Shown here: piece by piece, positions 1-8,508 of the stretch | Numbering within the stretch: the first letter of the stretch is position 1 | Layout of the letters: every line of letters starts with the position of its first letter | Position numbers and translations under genes: made by a program | The notes under the pieces: model-generated | What the model was told of the DNA's origin: nothing | Databases searched by the model: none | Seen by the model: the letters and a program-made list of their open reading frames with translations, nothing else | Source: Qipengyuania sp. | Lineage (GTDB): Bacteria; Pseudomonadota; Alphaproteobacteria; Sphingomonadales; Sphingomonadaceae | Direction: 5' to 3' | Assembly: GCA_965214525.1 (NCBI GenBank) | Contig: OZ243959.1 | Coordinates: 1,531,013 to 1,595,012 of the forward strand | DNA length: 64,000 bases

Positions 1-1
1 C

Positions 2-718
2 GACTATCCTCGCCCCATTCGCAGCCGCTCGGATCGCACCGCGCAGGTGACGCATAGCGGTCTCGCGGTCCTCGCCGCGTTCATGGCTATGAGCGAATGG
101 CGGGTTCATTAGCACGACCGATGGAACCGGGCTGCGAAGCAGGTCGGCGATCAGTTCCCCGTCATGCGCAGTGATCGTGGCCGCGGGGAAGATATGGCCC
201 AGCCCGTTTCGTCTTGCCAGATCGATCTCGTTGAGGACCAACGAGGCGTCCTGGAGGCTGCCCCAGAGAGCGAGGGCGCCATTCCCGGCGGAGGGTTCGA
301 GTAGCGTGTCGTGCGCAGAGATGGCTGCGGCCTTTGCCATCAGCCAGGCCAGCATCGGCGGGGTCGAGAACTGCTGGAGCTCGACCTGTCCTTCGCTGCG
401 AACGTGCCGGGGCGGCAAGGCTGCTTCGAGCCAGTCGAACCGCGCTTCGGTTTCGTGCACGCTGGTCGCCGTGTCTATGCGCGAAGATTCGCGAAGCCAG
501 AGCAGCGCCCCGATCTCGACCGCGTTATTGTAGTCGTCGATGCTCCAGGCGCTTCCCCAGTCAAGGGCGCCGGTCTCTTCGGCGAACAGCCCGGAAATGT
601 CGGCACGGGTAAGATGACGACCCGAGGTGAGAAGCGCGGCAATCCGGGCACCGATGGCGAAGGCCAGGGGCACTGCCGGTATCTGCTCGCCGGCGGGAAA
701 CAAGTCTGACTGAAACAT
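2..718 (-). CDS. Strawberry-notch family / adenine-methylase-like protein of integrative element (5' part only; runs off window start)
   Basis: Hand translation from ATG 718 (AGGAGG RBS upstream): MFQSDLFPAGEQ...QQFSTPP...LLEPSAGNG...VVLMNPPF. These are SAM-binding and NPPF motifs. Not in ORF track because truncated. Confidence 0.8.
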   Translation of the reverse strand, partial: MFQSDLFPAGEQIPAVPLAFAIGARIAALLTSGRHLTRADISGLFAEETGALDWGSAWSIDDYNNAVEIGALLWLRESSRIDTATSVHETEARFDWLEAALPPRHVRSEGQVELQQFSTPPMLAWLMAKAAAISAHDTLLEPSAGNGALALWGSLQDASLVLNEIDLARRNGLGHIFPAATITAHDGELIADLLRSPVPSVVLMNPPFAHSHERGEDRETAMRHLRGAIRAAANGARIV

Positions 719-793
719 GGCAATTCGTCCTCCTGATGAGGGCATCGGGACAGGCCCTCTGCCGGATCAGGAATTCGAGAAGCTCTCTCTCCT

Positions 794-1708
794 CTACCGC
801 GCCGCTTTGCGGCGCAGCCATGCTGTAAGTTCATCGTTCCAGTCGGTGTCGCGTGAGGATGGTTTGCGAACGTGGATCGTCCGCCCATCGCGGGCATAAG
901 CGGCCAGGCCACGCGACGCGGCCAGCTCGCCGCCAGCATCGTGATCGACGAAGAGGTGAAGCTCGGTCACGCTCTCAGGCACGCTGACGAGACCAAAGCG
1001 CTCATTGCCCAGGGTCGCCCAGACGGGAATGCCGGTGAGAGCATAGGCCGACATCGCGCTCTCGATACCCTCGGCGAGGCCGAGCTTGCCGGAGGCCGGA
1101 GCGAAAAGGCGGACAGCAGCTTCACCGAGCGCGCCGAGCGCGCGTTTCGGCTTTTCGAAAGCGGCCTTGCCTGAAGCCTCGGTAGACAGGAACGTGCGGT
1201 GGATGGCGATCGGGCCCTCGTCGAGGCTGACTGCCGCGATCATGGCGGGCAGAAAGCGGGCCCGTACTTTCGGGCCAAGCGGCGTTCGTGGATGAAAGCG
1301 GAGCGCCGGAGATGCGGCGAGGATGCCGCGACCTTCAAGATATTCCTTTGCCTTACTGGCACGCAGTGGCTGTGCATCGCGCCAGATCCTCAGCGCTGCC
1401 GCCGAGGGTGTGCGCGTTCTGGTCGGCTCGGGAAGATCAGTCGTCGTAGACCCTGAGAAAAGCGCAGGAGCCTCGAAGCCTTCACGCGCCAAAGCAGCCA
1501 GCACGCTCTGCTGATCGCACCCCGCGAAACAATGGAATAGGATGGCCTTTTGGCCGAGCGACACACCGAGTGACGGCGTGCGGTCGTCATGCGCAGGGCA
1601 GCAAGCCATCCCCTTGGTGCCGGACCATTTGCCGCCTCGGCTTTCGCAGATCTTGCGGGCGGTGTCCTCGAGCGAGGAGCGTGGGAGGGTTGAAGTCGAA
1701 ACAGGCAT
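794..1708 (-). CDS. Zn-finger + TOPRIM domain primase-like protein (mobile element type)
   Basis: N-terminal CCPAHDD...HCFAGC zinc finger; C-terminal LAEGIES...FVDHDAGG...DWND TOPRIM motifs. Confidence 0.85.
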   Translation of the reverse strand: MPVSTSTLPRSSLEDTARKICESRGGKWSGTKGMACCPAHDDRTPSLGVSLGQKAILFHCFAGCDQQSVLAALAREGFEAPALFSGSTTTDLPEPTRTRTPSAAALRIWRDAQPLRASKAKEYLEGRGILAASPALRFHPRTPLGPKVRARFLPAMIAAVSLDEGPIAIHRTFLSTEASGKAAFEKPKRALGALGEAAVRLFAPASGKLGLAEGIESAMSAYALTGIPVWATLGNERFGLVSVPESVTELHLFVDHDAGGELAASRGLAAYARDGRTIHVRKPSSRDTDWNDELTAWLRRKAAR

Positions 1709-1797
1709 ACTGGCTCCATCGCCTCACAATTGCCCCCTCCAAACGAACCCCTCTTCTCTCGGATAAACTTGCAAAAAACGTTTTCCTACACCCATGC

Positions 1798-1812
1798 GTT
1801 CTATTTATGTTC
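1798..1812. promoter_or_regulatory. Alphaproteobacterial LexA (SOS) box
   Basis: GTTC-TATTTAT-GTTC, exact GTTC-N7-GTTC match in divergent intergenic region. Confidence 0.75.
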
Positions 1813-1846
1813 TCTTGCGGATGGAGGCAAGGTGAAAGGTAATTCA

Positions 1847-2437
1847 ATGCGAATGTCGCTGGTGGCTTGCGGTTGCGGTGCGCTCGCGATTGCGATTTCG
1901 GGATCCGCGCACGCGCAGGAGTTTCAGGTCTTCGACCATGACCTCGGCACAGTTCAGGTTACAACCGACAAAGGGCGCGCTTTCAACCCGACTGCAATCC
2001 ACTTGGGCAAGCCAGATGGCGGCGCGGCCTATATCGATAGAAGCTTCAAGGAAGCCTTGTATGAGCCACTCATCCGGCAAGCTGAAGCGCGATACCAATT
2101 GCCGCCTCGACTGCTTCAGGCCCTGATTTGGCAGGAATCTCGCTTCAATCCCATGGCAATCAGTCCGGCTGGCGCGGCGGGGCTCGCTCAACTCATGCCG
2201 GGAACCGCGAGGCAACTTGGTGTCAGCAATCGCCACGATCCGGTTCAGAACATCGACGGTGGCGCGCGGTATCTGAAGCAGATGCTCGATCGCTTCGGCG
2301 CGATCCATCTCGCGCTGGCCGCTTACAACGCAGGCCCTGGCGCTGTGTCGCGAGCCGGCGGGATACCGAAAAATCGAGAAACACCTGGATATGTGAAGAG
2401 CGTTATCGCGCGATGGATGGCATACAGCTCGACATGA
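1847..2437 (+). CDS. Lytic transglycosylase (SLT, VirB1-like) with signal peptide
   Basis: QESRFNP, GAAGLAQLMPGTA, ALAAYNAGPG, ETPGYV motifs; ATG 1847 after GAAAGG preferred over 1730. Confidence 0.9.
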   Translation: MRMSLVACGCGALAIAISGSAHAQEFQVFDHDLGTVQVTTDKGRAFNPTAIHLGKPDGGAAYIDRSFKEALYEPLIRQAEARYQLPPRLLQALIWQESRFNPMAISPAGAAGLAQLMPGTARQLGVSNRHDPVQNIDGGARYLKQMLDRFGAIHLALAAYNAGPGAVSRAGGIPKNRETPGYVKSVIARWMAYSST

Positions 2438-2631
2438 ATGCGAATCGGAAAAGGATCAGCGGACGGCTCGAGCACCTTCCTCGGGGAGCTGCAATTGTAA
2501 CTGATGCAGGGGATCACTGGGTTCTCGAGGGCTTTGAGCCGTCGAATGATGACTTCGGGTTTGAAGTCACCGCAGAGGGTGTTGTCGTCGGCCTTGATCG
2601 GCTGCGGGTAGATTGGCTGGGTGCCTGCTAG
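2434..2631 (+). CDS. Small DUF5818-like protein (65 aa)
   Basis: ATGA overlap with SLT stop; MNANRKRISGRLEHLPRGAAIVTDAGDHWVL...VTAEGVVVGLDRLRVDWLG. Confidence 0.65.
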   Translation: MNANRKRISGRLEHLPRGAAIVTDAGDHWVLEGFEPSNDDFGFEVTAEGVVVGLDRLRVDWLGAC

Positions 2632-2649
2632 TCGAGAGTCGCTTGGCAA

Positions 2650-3831
2650 TCAAAGCACAAGTTGCGCCAAGGCCTCCTCAGCGTCGTTTCGAACAAGATG
2701 CCCATAGTGGCGTTCGATCATAGCGACACTAGTATCCGCCATTTGCGCAACCGTAAGAATGGGAAGACCACCGCGAACCAAGTCGGTTATCACGCTGTGG
2801 CGCAAAGTGTATGCTGATGTTTGCGCAGGCAGCTCAGATGCTACCACAGCCTTCTTGATCGGACCCTTCCACATATCTTTCGACCATGGGATGCCGTCAC
2901 TACGAGTAAACAACCATGCAGAAGGCAGCTTGCTTTTGGACTGCTCGCTCAAGAAGCTGGCGATGCTTTCCGGCACCGATATCTGTCGGGGCACGCCGTT
3001 CTTGTCGGACCCGATTGTAAGTGTTCTCGTCCGTTTCTCAAAATTGCTCACATTGAGCGCAGCCAACGCACCCGGCCGAAGCGGAAGCAAACACAGTGCA
3101 CGCACGAATGGTTCAATATCGGCGTCGAGCTCCGCAAGCAGCCGACGACGTTCTTGCCTGTCCAGATAGAGGTCTCGCCTCCTATCGGCGCCTTTGATGG
3201 GCTTCAACGCCTCTTGCCACGCCGCGTCTGTCTTCGGTGCGCCGGGCGGTAAAATTCGCCAAAGCGCTGCGCGAAGCGGCACCATATCTCGGTTGATCGT
3301 GGCAGCCGAACGGACCTTGACTCGTTTCTCGCCTTTCTTGCTTCGACTGATCAATGCGGGAGTATCTTCCAGGCGCTTTCGCCAGTCGCGAAGGTGTCGT
3401 CTCCGAAGCTTGGAGAGCTTGATCCGCGCGAGTGGATCGCCGAAAACATGGCGGCGAAACACGCCCTCTGCGATCGAGCCTGGCTTTTCGCTCAAATAGG
3501 CTCGACATGCGTCGGCCACGGTCTCAAGCTTCTCAACTTGGATGCCTCCGCTCTCGACGAGTTCCGCAAACGCCTCGGCTTCTTTCCTCGCCGCAGCAAA
3601 TACGTCGTTGCCAGTGAGAGATCCAAACCGTCCGAGCGCCTTTCGGCGATACTTCCGCAGATCCTCATCGTAAGCGCGAGCGAACCAGGTTCCATGGCTT
3701 CCAAGTTTGGAGGGCCTATACCCGACATACCAGCCGGCTTGGAGGCGCTGCCAATAAGGCTCCTTGTCCGCTCTCGGCTTCAATTTGTCGCGCGATCCGA
3801 TCTTGCTGAGGTCCGGCAAGCCATCCTCCAT
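2650..3831 (-). CDS. Tyrosine recombinase / integrase
   Basis: N-terminal arm-binding-like domain; LRPGAL, AYTLRHSVIT, MIERHYGH catalytic boxes; next to tRNA fragment. Confidence 0.92.
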   Translation of the reverse strand: MEDGLPDLSKIGSRDKLKPRADKEPYWQRLQAGWYVGYRPSKLGSHGTWFARAYDEDLRKYRRKALGRFGSLTGNDVFAAARKEAEAFAELVESGGIQVEKLETVADACRAYLSEKPGSIAEGVFRRHVFGDPLARIKLSKLRRRHLRDWRKRLEDTPALISRSKKGEKRVKVRSAATINRDMVPLRAALWRILPPGAPKTDAAWQEALKPIKGADRRRDLYLDRQERRRLLAELDADIEPFVRALCLLPLRPGALAALNVSNFEKRTRTLTIGSDKNGVPRQISVPESIASFLSEQSKSKLPSAWLFTRSDGIPWSKDMWKGPIKKAVVASELPAQTSAYTLRHSVITDLVRGGLPILTVAQMADTSVAMIERHYGHLVRNDAEEALAQLVL

Positions 3832-3845
3832 CCGCGCCGCAAATC

Positions 3846-3878
3846 GAAAAAGTATGAAAAAAGTATGAAAAACTTATG
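3846..3878. repeat. Tandem ~11-bp repeats, candidate integrase arm-type sites
   Basis: GAAAAAGTATGAAAAAAGTATGAAAAACTTATG between integrase start and att core. Confidence 0.55.
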
Positions 3879-3969
3879 CGCACGCTTGAGGATGACCATA
3901 GACGAAAGATGCTGTTTTTCAAGTATAATTTTCGTCCGCATGCTTCCGCATGTGTCCTAGAACCCATCT

Positions 3970-4014
3970 TTCACACGGGTGGGGTCGCAAGTTCAATCCT
4001 TGCCGCGCCCACCA
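3970..4014 (+). other. att site: 3' fragment of tRNA-Val(CAC)
   Basis: TTCACAC anticodon loop, GCAAG-TTCAATC-CTTGC T-arm, CGCGCCC-A-CCA end; no 5' GGGCGCG half upstream. Confidence 0.85.
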
Positions 4015-4023
4015 TTCGCCAGG

Positions 4024-4236
4024 TTAATATGTCGAGCCTGAACCTGTCGAACCCTTTCCCGACAGCTTCTTGGCTGCATAACCCCCAACCGCGAGGGCGG
4101 CCATGGCGGGCAGGCTCAGACGGCGCAGAATGGCGGGGGCAATGAACCCCAACGCAGCGCCGGTCGGCCCTGAGATACCCCAGGTCTGTTTGGCGAGTTT
4201 ATCGCCGACGAATGCTCCTACAATCTTGCCGATCAT
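4024..4236 (-). CDS. Small Gly/Ala-rich hypothetical (membrane-associated) protein
   Basis: 70-aa ORF with AAAGGAG RBS and an upstream ECF-type promoter. Confidence 0.75.
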   Translation of the reverse strand: MIGKIVGAFVGDKLAKQTWGISGPTGAALGFIAPAILRRLSLPAMAALAVGGYAAKKLSGKGSTGSGSTY

Positions 4237-4260
4237 GTTTGATCTCCTTTCGCTTATGAG

Positions 4261-4285
4261 AACCGGCTAGCAGCATAGCGGTTCC
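4261..4285 (-). promoter_or_regulatory. EcfG/SigT general-stress promoter
   Basis: Minus strand GGAAC-N17-GTT just upstream of the RBS of 4024..4236. Confidence 0.6.
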
Positions 4286-4317
4286 TTGCGGAAGGCTAGT
4301 GACGGCCATGCTGGGCC

Positions 4318-4968
4318 TCAATCGCTTACAGGGATTTGGTCCATGCCACCAGCAATGCCACGGGCAAGCATGTCGTTCGCCAACTGCGCGATGGCGGAGG
4401 GTCCAGGATCGCCCGGCTGCGCCCAGATGGCATAGCGCAAGCCCAAAAATACGTTCATGCCCATCACTGCCCACGCATGGACTTCGCCCAGCCCGTCTGC
4501 CAGTTCGCCCGCCGCCGCGCCCGCATGCAGCCGCGTCGCGATGCGCTGCGCGATCGTTTCGTAATGGTTGCGATAGCTTGCAGGATCGACGAATTCCGCC
4601 TCGTCGATGATACGATACACTTCCTGGTGCTCGCCGGCGAAGCGCAAAAACGCTTCCAACGCAGACCGTTCGATCCGCAGCGCCGATGCCTGCAGATCGA
4701 TCGCATCGCGCGCGGCGATTTTCACTGCATCGCTCATATCCTGGACGAGCGCGCGGAAGATCGCATCCTTGCTATCGAAATAGGTGTAGAAGCTGCCTAG
4801 CGCCATGCCGGCCCGCCGGGTGATCTCGCTGACCGAAGTATCGTGAAATCCCCGCTCTCCGAACTCCTTCGCCGCAGCGTCCAGCAGCTTGCGCAAGGTC
4901 GCCTGCCCCCGCTTTGTGCGCGGCACCTTGTTCCCTAGCGAAGCCCGTTCTGACGAAGTGTCCTGCAA
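4318..4968 (-). CDS. TetR/AcrR family regulator
   Basis: HTH: LLDAAAKEFGERGFHDTSVSEITRRAGMALGSFYTYFDSKD; TTG 4968 after GGAGGGAGG. Confidence 0.9.
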   Translation of the reverse strand: MQDTSSERASLGNKVPRTKRGQATLRKLLDAAAKEFGERGFHDTSVSEITRRAGMALGSFYTYFDSKDAIFRALVQDMSDAVKIAARDAIDLQASALRIERSALEAFLRFAGEHQEVYRIIDEAEFVDPASYRNHYETIAQRIATRLHAGAAAGELADGLGEVHAWAVMGMNVFLGLRYAIWAQPGDPGPSAIAQLANDMLARGIAGGMDQIPVSD

Positions 4969-5024
4969 ATCCCTCCCTCCCGTGGCCGTCCTAATCGTCA
5001 AGGGTCCTTCCCACAAGGTAAAAC

Positions 5025-5047
5025 TTGAAAGGTGGTTCAACTTTCAA
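5025..5047. promoter_or_regulatory. Palindromic operator, likely for adjacent TetR
   Basis: TTGAAAG-N9-CTTTCAA with nested TTGAA-N6-TTCAA between divergent genes. Confidence 0.6.
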
Positions 5048-5080
5048 TAGAGCGTGTATGACGATAATGGGAGGACCATC

Positions 5081-7441
5081 ATGAACCCTGTGGAACTGCG
5101 GCGATTGGCTGCTCTGTGTGCATCGACGGCGGCAATTGGCTTGTGCGGAACGACTGCCTCGGCGCAATCTTCGGACGACATCAGCGCCGACATATCCTTG
5201 AGCGAGGGCGCGTCGGCGCAGAACGATGACGGGGTCATCATCGTGACCGCGCGGCGGCGAGAGGAACGGCTGACCGATGTTCCCATCGCTGTCACCGCTT
5301 TCTCTGGCGAAGAACTGGTTCGCGGCGGAGTGCAGGACATTATCGGCATTGCCCAGGAGGTGCCCAATCTCACCCTCGAAGTCAGCCGTGGCACGAATAC
5401 TACCTTGACCGCGTTCATCCGCGGCGTGGGTCAGCAGGATCCTGTCGCTGGGTTCGAGGCGGGCGTGGGGCTGTATGTCGATGATGTCTATCTCAACCGC
5501 CCACAGGCCGCCGTGCTGGATATCTACGATGTCGAACGGATCGAAGTGCTGCGCGGACCGCAAGGCACGCTCTACGGCCGCAACACGATCGGTGGAGCGA
5601 TCAAATACGTGACGGCGCGGCTTTCTGACGAAACCGAGGTAAAGGCGCGTGGAACCTATGGCAATTTTGATCAGGCCGACCTCGTCATCACTGCCTCCAC
5701 CTCGCTAGGCGACAATCTGCGCATCGGAGCGGGCGGCGCGCGTCTGTCGCGCGGTGGGTTTGGCGAAAACGTCGTCACCGGGGAAGAGAACTACAACAAG
5801 GACGTATGGGCGGCGCGCGGCACCGTCGAGTTCGAAACCGGCCCGTTGTTCGCGCGCCTGTCGGGCGATTACGTCAAAGACGATAGCAATGCGCGCCAAG
5901 GCAGCCGCCTTATTTCCGGCCTGCTTACCGGCATCCCCGTACTCGACGATCCTTACGATACCCGCGCGGGGCTGGATATCGTGGACCAGGAGGTCGAAGC
6001 CTATGGCGGTGCGTTGAATGTCGCATTCGCAGTGAGCGACGCGCTCACCTTAAGGTCGATTACCGGGTATCGCGAAGACAGGTCCACTACCCCCATCGAT
6101 TTCGACAGTCTGCAGGCGGCAGATGTCGATGTGCCGGCGATCTACGAGAACGATCAGTTCAGCCAGGAACTGCAATTGCTCTATGAAGGCGACCGGCTTT
6201 CGGGCGTCTTGGGAGCCTATTACCTTGACGCCAGCGCCTTTACCGCGTTCGACGTTGCGTTGTTCACCACCGGAGCGCTAATCGGCCTGCCGGGCTTGAA
6301 CGCTCAAACCCTTGGTGATGTCGGCACCGAAACCTGGTCGATCTTTGGGGATTTCTCGTACGATCTGACCGATCAGTTCAGCATCGCGCTCGGAGGAAGA
6401 TACACCAACGACAAGCGAACCAGCCAAGTGTTACGCACCACCTTCATTGGCGGATATTCGGATCTCTTCACGACCGGCGCGACGCCGATCGCGGTGACGT
6501 CCGATTTCAACGGCAGCGAGACGTTCGAGGAGTTCACGCCGCGCGCTTCGGTCAGCTTCAAGCCGACGCCGGACCAGAACATCTATTTTACCTACTCCAA
6601 GGGTTTCAAGGGGGGTGGCTTCGATCCCCGAGGACAGACGAGCCTGGCCCCGGACCTCGACGGCGATGGCACGGTGGACGAGAGCGAGCAGTTCGAGTTC
6701 CTGCGCTTCGCCCCGGAAACGGTCGATAGTTACGAGCTTGGTTACAAGGCATCGCTGCTCGACAACCGGCTGACCATCGCAATCGCCGGTTTTATCGGCA
6801 AGTATAACGACGTGCAGATTCCCGGCTCCGTCGGGGTCGATGCCAATGGCGATGGGATCAACGAGACGTTCATTGGCGTAACCACCAATGCAGCGAGCGC
6901 TGATATCAATGGTATCGAATTCGAAGGCAATGCTCTGGTCGGACGGGATTTCGTCGGGGCCGGAAGCCGGTTCAGCGTCAACTGGTCGCTTGGTTATCTC
7001 GATGCAGACTTCAACGAGTTCATCGATACATTTGGCAACGACGTCGCCGATGAACGTGCCTTCCAGAACACGCCGGACCTGACCTTGCATGCAGGGTTCG
7101 CGCTGGGCATGCCGGTAGCGAACGGCATTGTGGACCTGCTGGGCGGTATCTCGTTGCGATCCGATGCCAGCCAGTTCGAAACGCCCAATCGCTTCCTGGA
7201 CCAGGATGGGTTCGCGCTGGTCGACGCCAGCATCGTCTACACCGACGACAGCGAGCGTTTCGCGATCGGCGTGCATGGCAAGAACCTGTTCGATAAGCGC
7301 TACATCGTATCGGGCTACAACTTCGTTGCCGGTGACGGGATCAACACGCCTTTGCGATCGACCTTGGGCCTGGAAGGCGTTCTGACCGCGTTCTACGGCG
7401 ATCCGCGGCGCGTATTCGTGACCGGGGAGATTAAGTTCTAG
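5081..7441 (+). CDS. TonB-dependent receptor
   Basis: Signal peptide, IIVTARRREE TonB box, IEVLRGPQGTLYGRNTIGG plug, C-terminal F; GGGAGG RBS. Confidence 0.95.
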   Translation: MNPVELRRLAALCASTAAIGLCGTTASAQSSDDISADISLSEGASAQNDDGVIIVTARRREERLTDVPIAVTAFSGEELVRGGVQDIIGIAQEVPNLTLEVSRGTNTTLTAFIRGVGQQDPVAGFEAGVGLYVDDVYLNRPQAAVLDIYDVERIEVLRGPQGTLYGRNTIGGAIKYVTARLSDETEVKARGTYGNFDQADLVITASTSLGDNLRIGAGGARLSRGGFGENVVTGEENYNKDVWAARGTVEFETGPLFARLSGDYVKDDSNARQGSRLISGLLTGIPVLDDPYDTRAGLDIVDQEVEAYGGALNVAFAVSDALTLRSITGYREDRSTTPIDFDSLQAADVDVPAIYENDQFSQELQLLYEGDRLSGVLGAYYLDASAFTAFDVALFTTGALIGLPGLNAQTLGDVGTETWSIFGDFSYDLTDQFSIALGGRYTNDKRTSQVLRTTFIGGYSDLFTTGATPIAVTSDFNGSETFEEFTPRASVSFKPTPDQNIYFTYSKGFKGGGFDPRGQTSLAPDLDGDGTVDESEQFEFLRFAPETVDSYELGYKASLLDNRLTIAIAGFIGKYNDVQIPGSVGVDANGDGINETFIGVTTNAASADINGIEFEGNALVGRDFVGAGSRFSVNWSLGYLDADFNEFIDTFGNDVADERAFQNTPDLTLHAGFALGMPVANGIVDLLGGISLRSDASQFETPNRFLDQDGFALVDASIVYTDDSERFAIGVHGKNLFDKRYIVSGYNFVAGDGINTPLRSTLGLEGVLTAFYGDPRRVFVTGEIKF

Positions 7442-7579
7442 GCTGCGGGGGGACGGTGCCCGCTCCGGCCGTGCCCACCCCTTCGCGCCGACTGGAAAGC
7501 CAGGCCTTGCGCAAGCTTCCCTTGACATGACCGCCCCCATCCCTGTCTTAACGAATAGGCTTGGGACCGTAGGGACGAG

Positions 7580-8422
7580 ATGACCGAAGACAGCGACATG
7601 CCTCTGCCGAAGGAGGAATACGAGACGGGCGCGGGCCAGCGGCTGCTGGCTGCGCGCAAGCAGGCGAACCTCACATTGCAGCAGGTCGCGGCCGAAACCA
7701 GGATACCCGAACGGCATTTGCAGGTGATCGAGAACGGTGATTTCGCCAAGCTGCCCGCACGCACTTATGCTGTTGGGTTCTCGCGCACGTATGCCCGTCT
7801 GGTCGGTCTGGACGAGCGCGATATTGCAGACCAGGTGCGCGCGGAACTGGCCGCCACGCGGACCGACCCGGTCGACCGCCCGCCTCGTTTCGAGCCCGGC
7901 GATCCGGCGCGCGTCCCCTCCAGCGGGCTCGCCTGGTTCGGATTGTTCGCAGTGATCCTGCTGCTGGCAGGCGGCTTCGCCTTTTACCGTAGCTATTTCG
8001 CCCCCGGCATGGGACCCGCCCCGCTGACCCCCGATCCGCAGATCGCCGCGAACGAGGCAGCTGGCGCGAACCCGGCCTTCGCGCGTAGACAGCAGCCCGC
8101 CCCGCCCACCGGGCCGGTTGTCTTCACCGCGCTGGAGGATGGCGTTTGGGCACGTTTTTACGATGGCGCGGGAGAGCGGCTGTACGAGGCACAAATGAAC
8201 CGTGGCGAGCGGTTCGAAGTGCCCGCAGAAGCGCAGGAACCACAGGTATGGACGGGCCGTCCAGACGCGTTCGCAATCACTGTTGACGGGCGCGCGGTGC
8301 CCAAACTTGCCGAAGAGGATCAGATTATGCGCGATGTGCCCATAACGGCAGAGGCCTTGCTGGCGCGCAGTCGCGCTTCCAATGACGTGACCGCCGCGCC
8401 GCAGGGGACTGCCGGAACCTAG
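7580..8422 (+). CDS. rodZ: RodZ-like HTH / DUF4115 membrane protein
   Basis: HTH (LTLQQVAAETRIPERHLQVIE...YAVGFSRTYARLVGL), one TM helix, periplasmic C-terminal domain. Confidence 0.75.
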   Translation: MTEDSDMPLPKEEYETGAGQRLLAARKQANLTLQQVAAETRIPERHLQVIENGDFAKLPARTYAVGFSRTYARLVGLDERDIADQVRAELAATRTDPVDRPPRFEPGDPARVPSSGLAWFGLFAVILLLAGGFAFYRSYFAPGMGPAPLTPDPQIAANEAAGANPAFARRQQPAPPTGPVVFTALEDGVWARFYDGAGERLYEAQMNRGERFEVPAEAQEPQVWTGRPDAFAITVDGRAVPKLAEEDQIMRDVPITAEALLARSRASNDVTAAPQGTAGT

Positions 8423-8508
8423 CGCATCAGCAAGCTGGGCTTCAGGAATTCATCGCTAAGCGGTTTGGACAGGCATACCTTGCAGATACATCAGCATGAG
8501 GACAGGAA

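Larger units (their letters stand above)
1..4014. mobile_element. Right end of tRNA-Val-targeted integrative (ICE/IME-like) element
   Basis: Integrase, tRNA 3' fragment and primase/SLT/strawberry-notch cargo; chromosomal-type genes to the right of 4014. Confidence 0.85.

Noticed and set aside
3939-4014. Complete tRNA-Val gene
   Set aside because: 5' acceptor strand (expected GGGCGCG) and D-arm are absent; only the 3' half is present, so called as an att remnant
6431-8194. 587-aa minus-strand ORF
   Set aside because: Antisense shadow of the TonB receptor and rodZ; no motifs; typical of high-GC DNA
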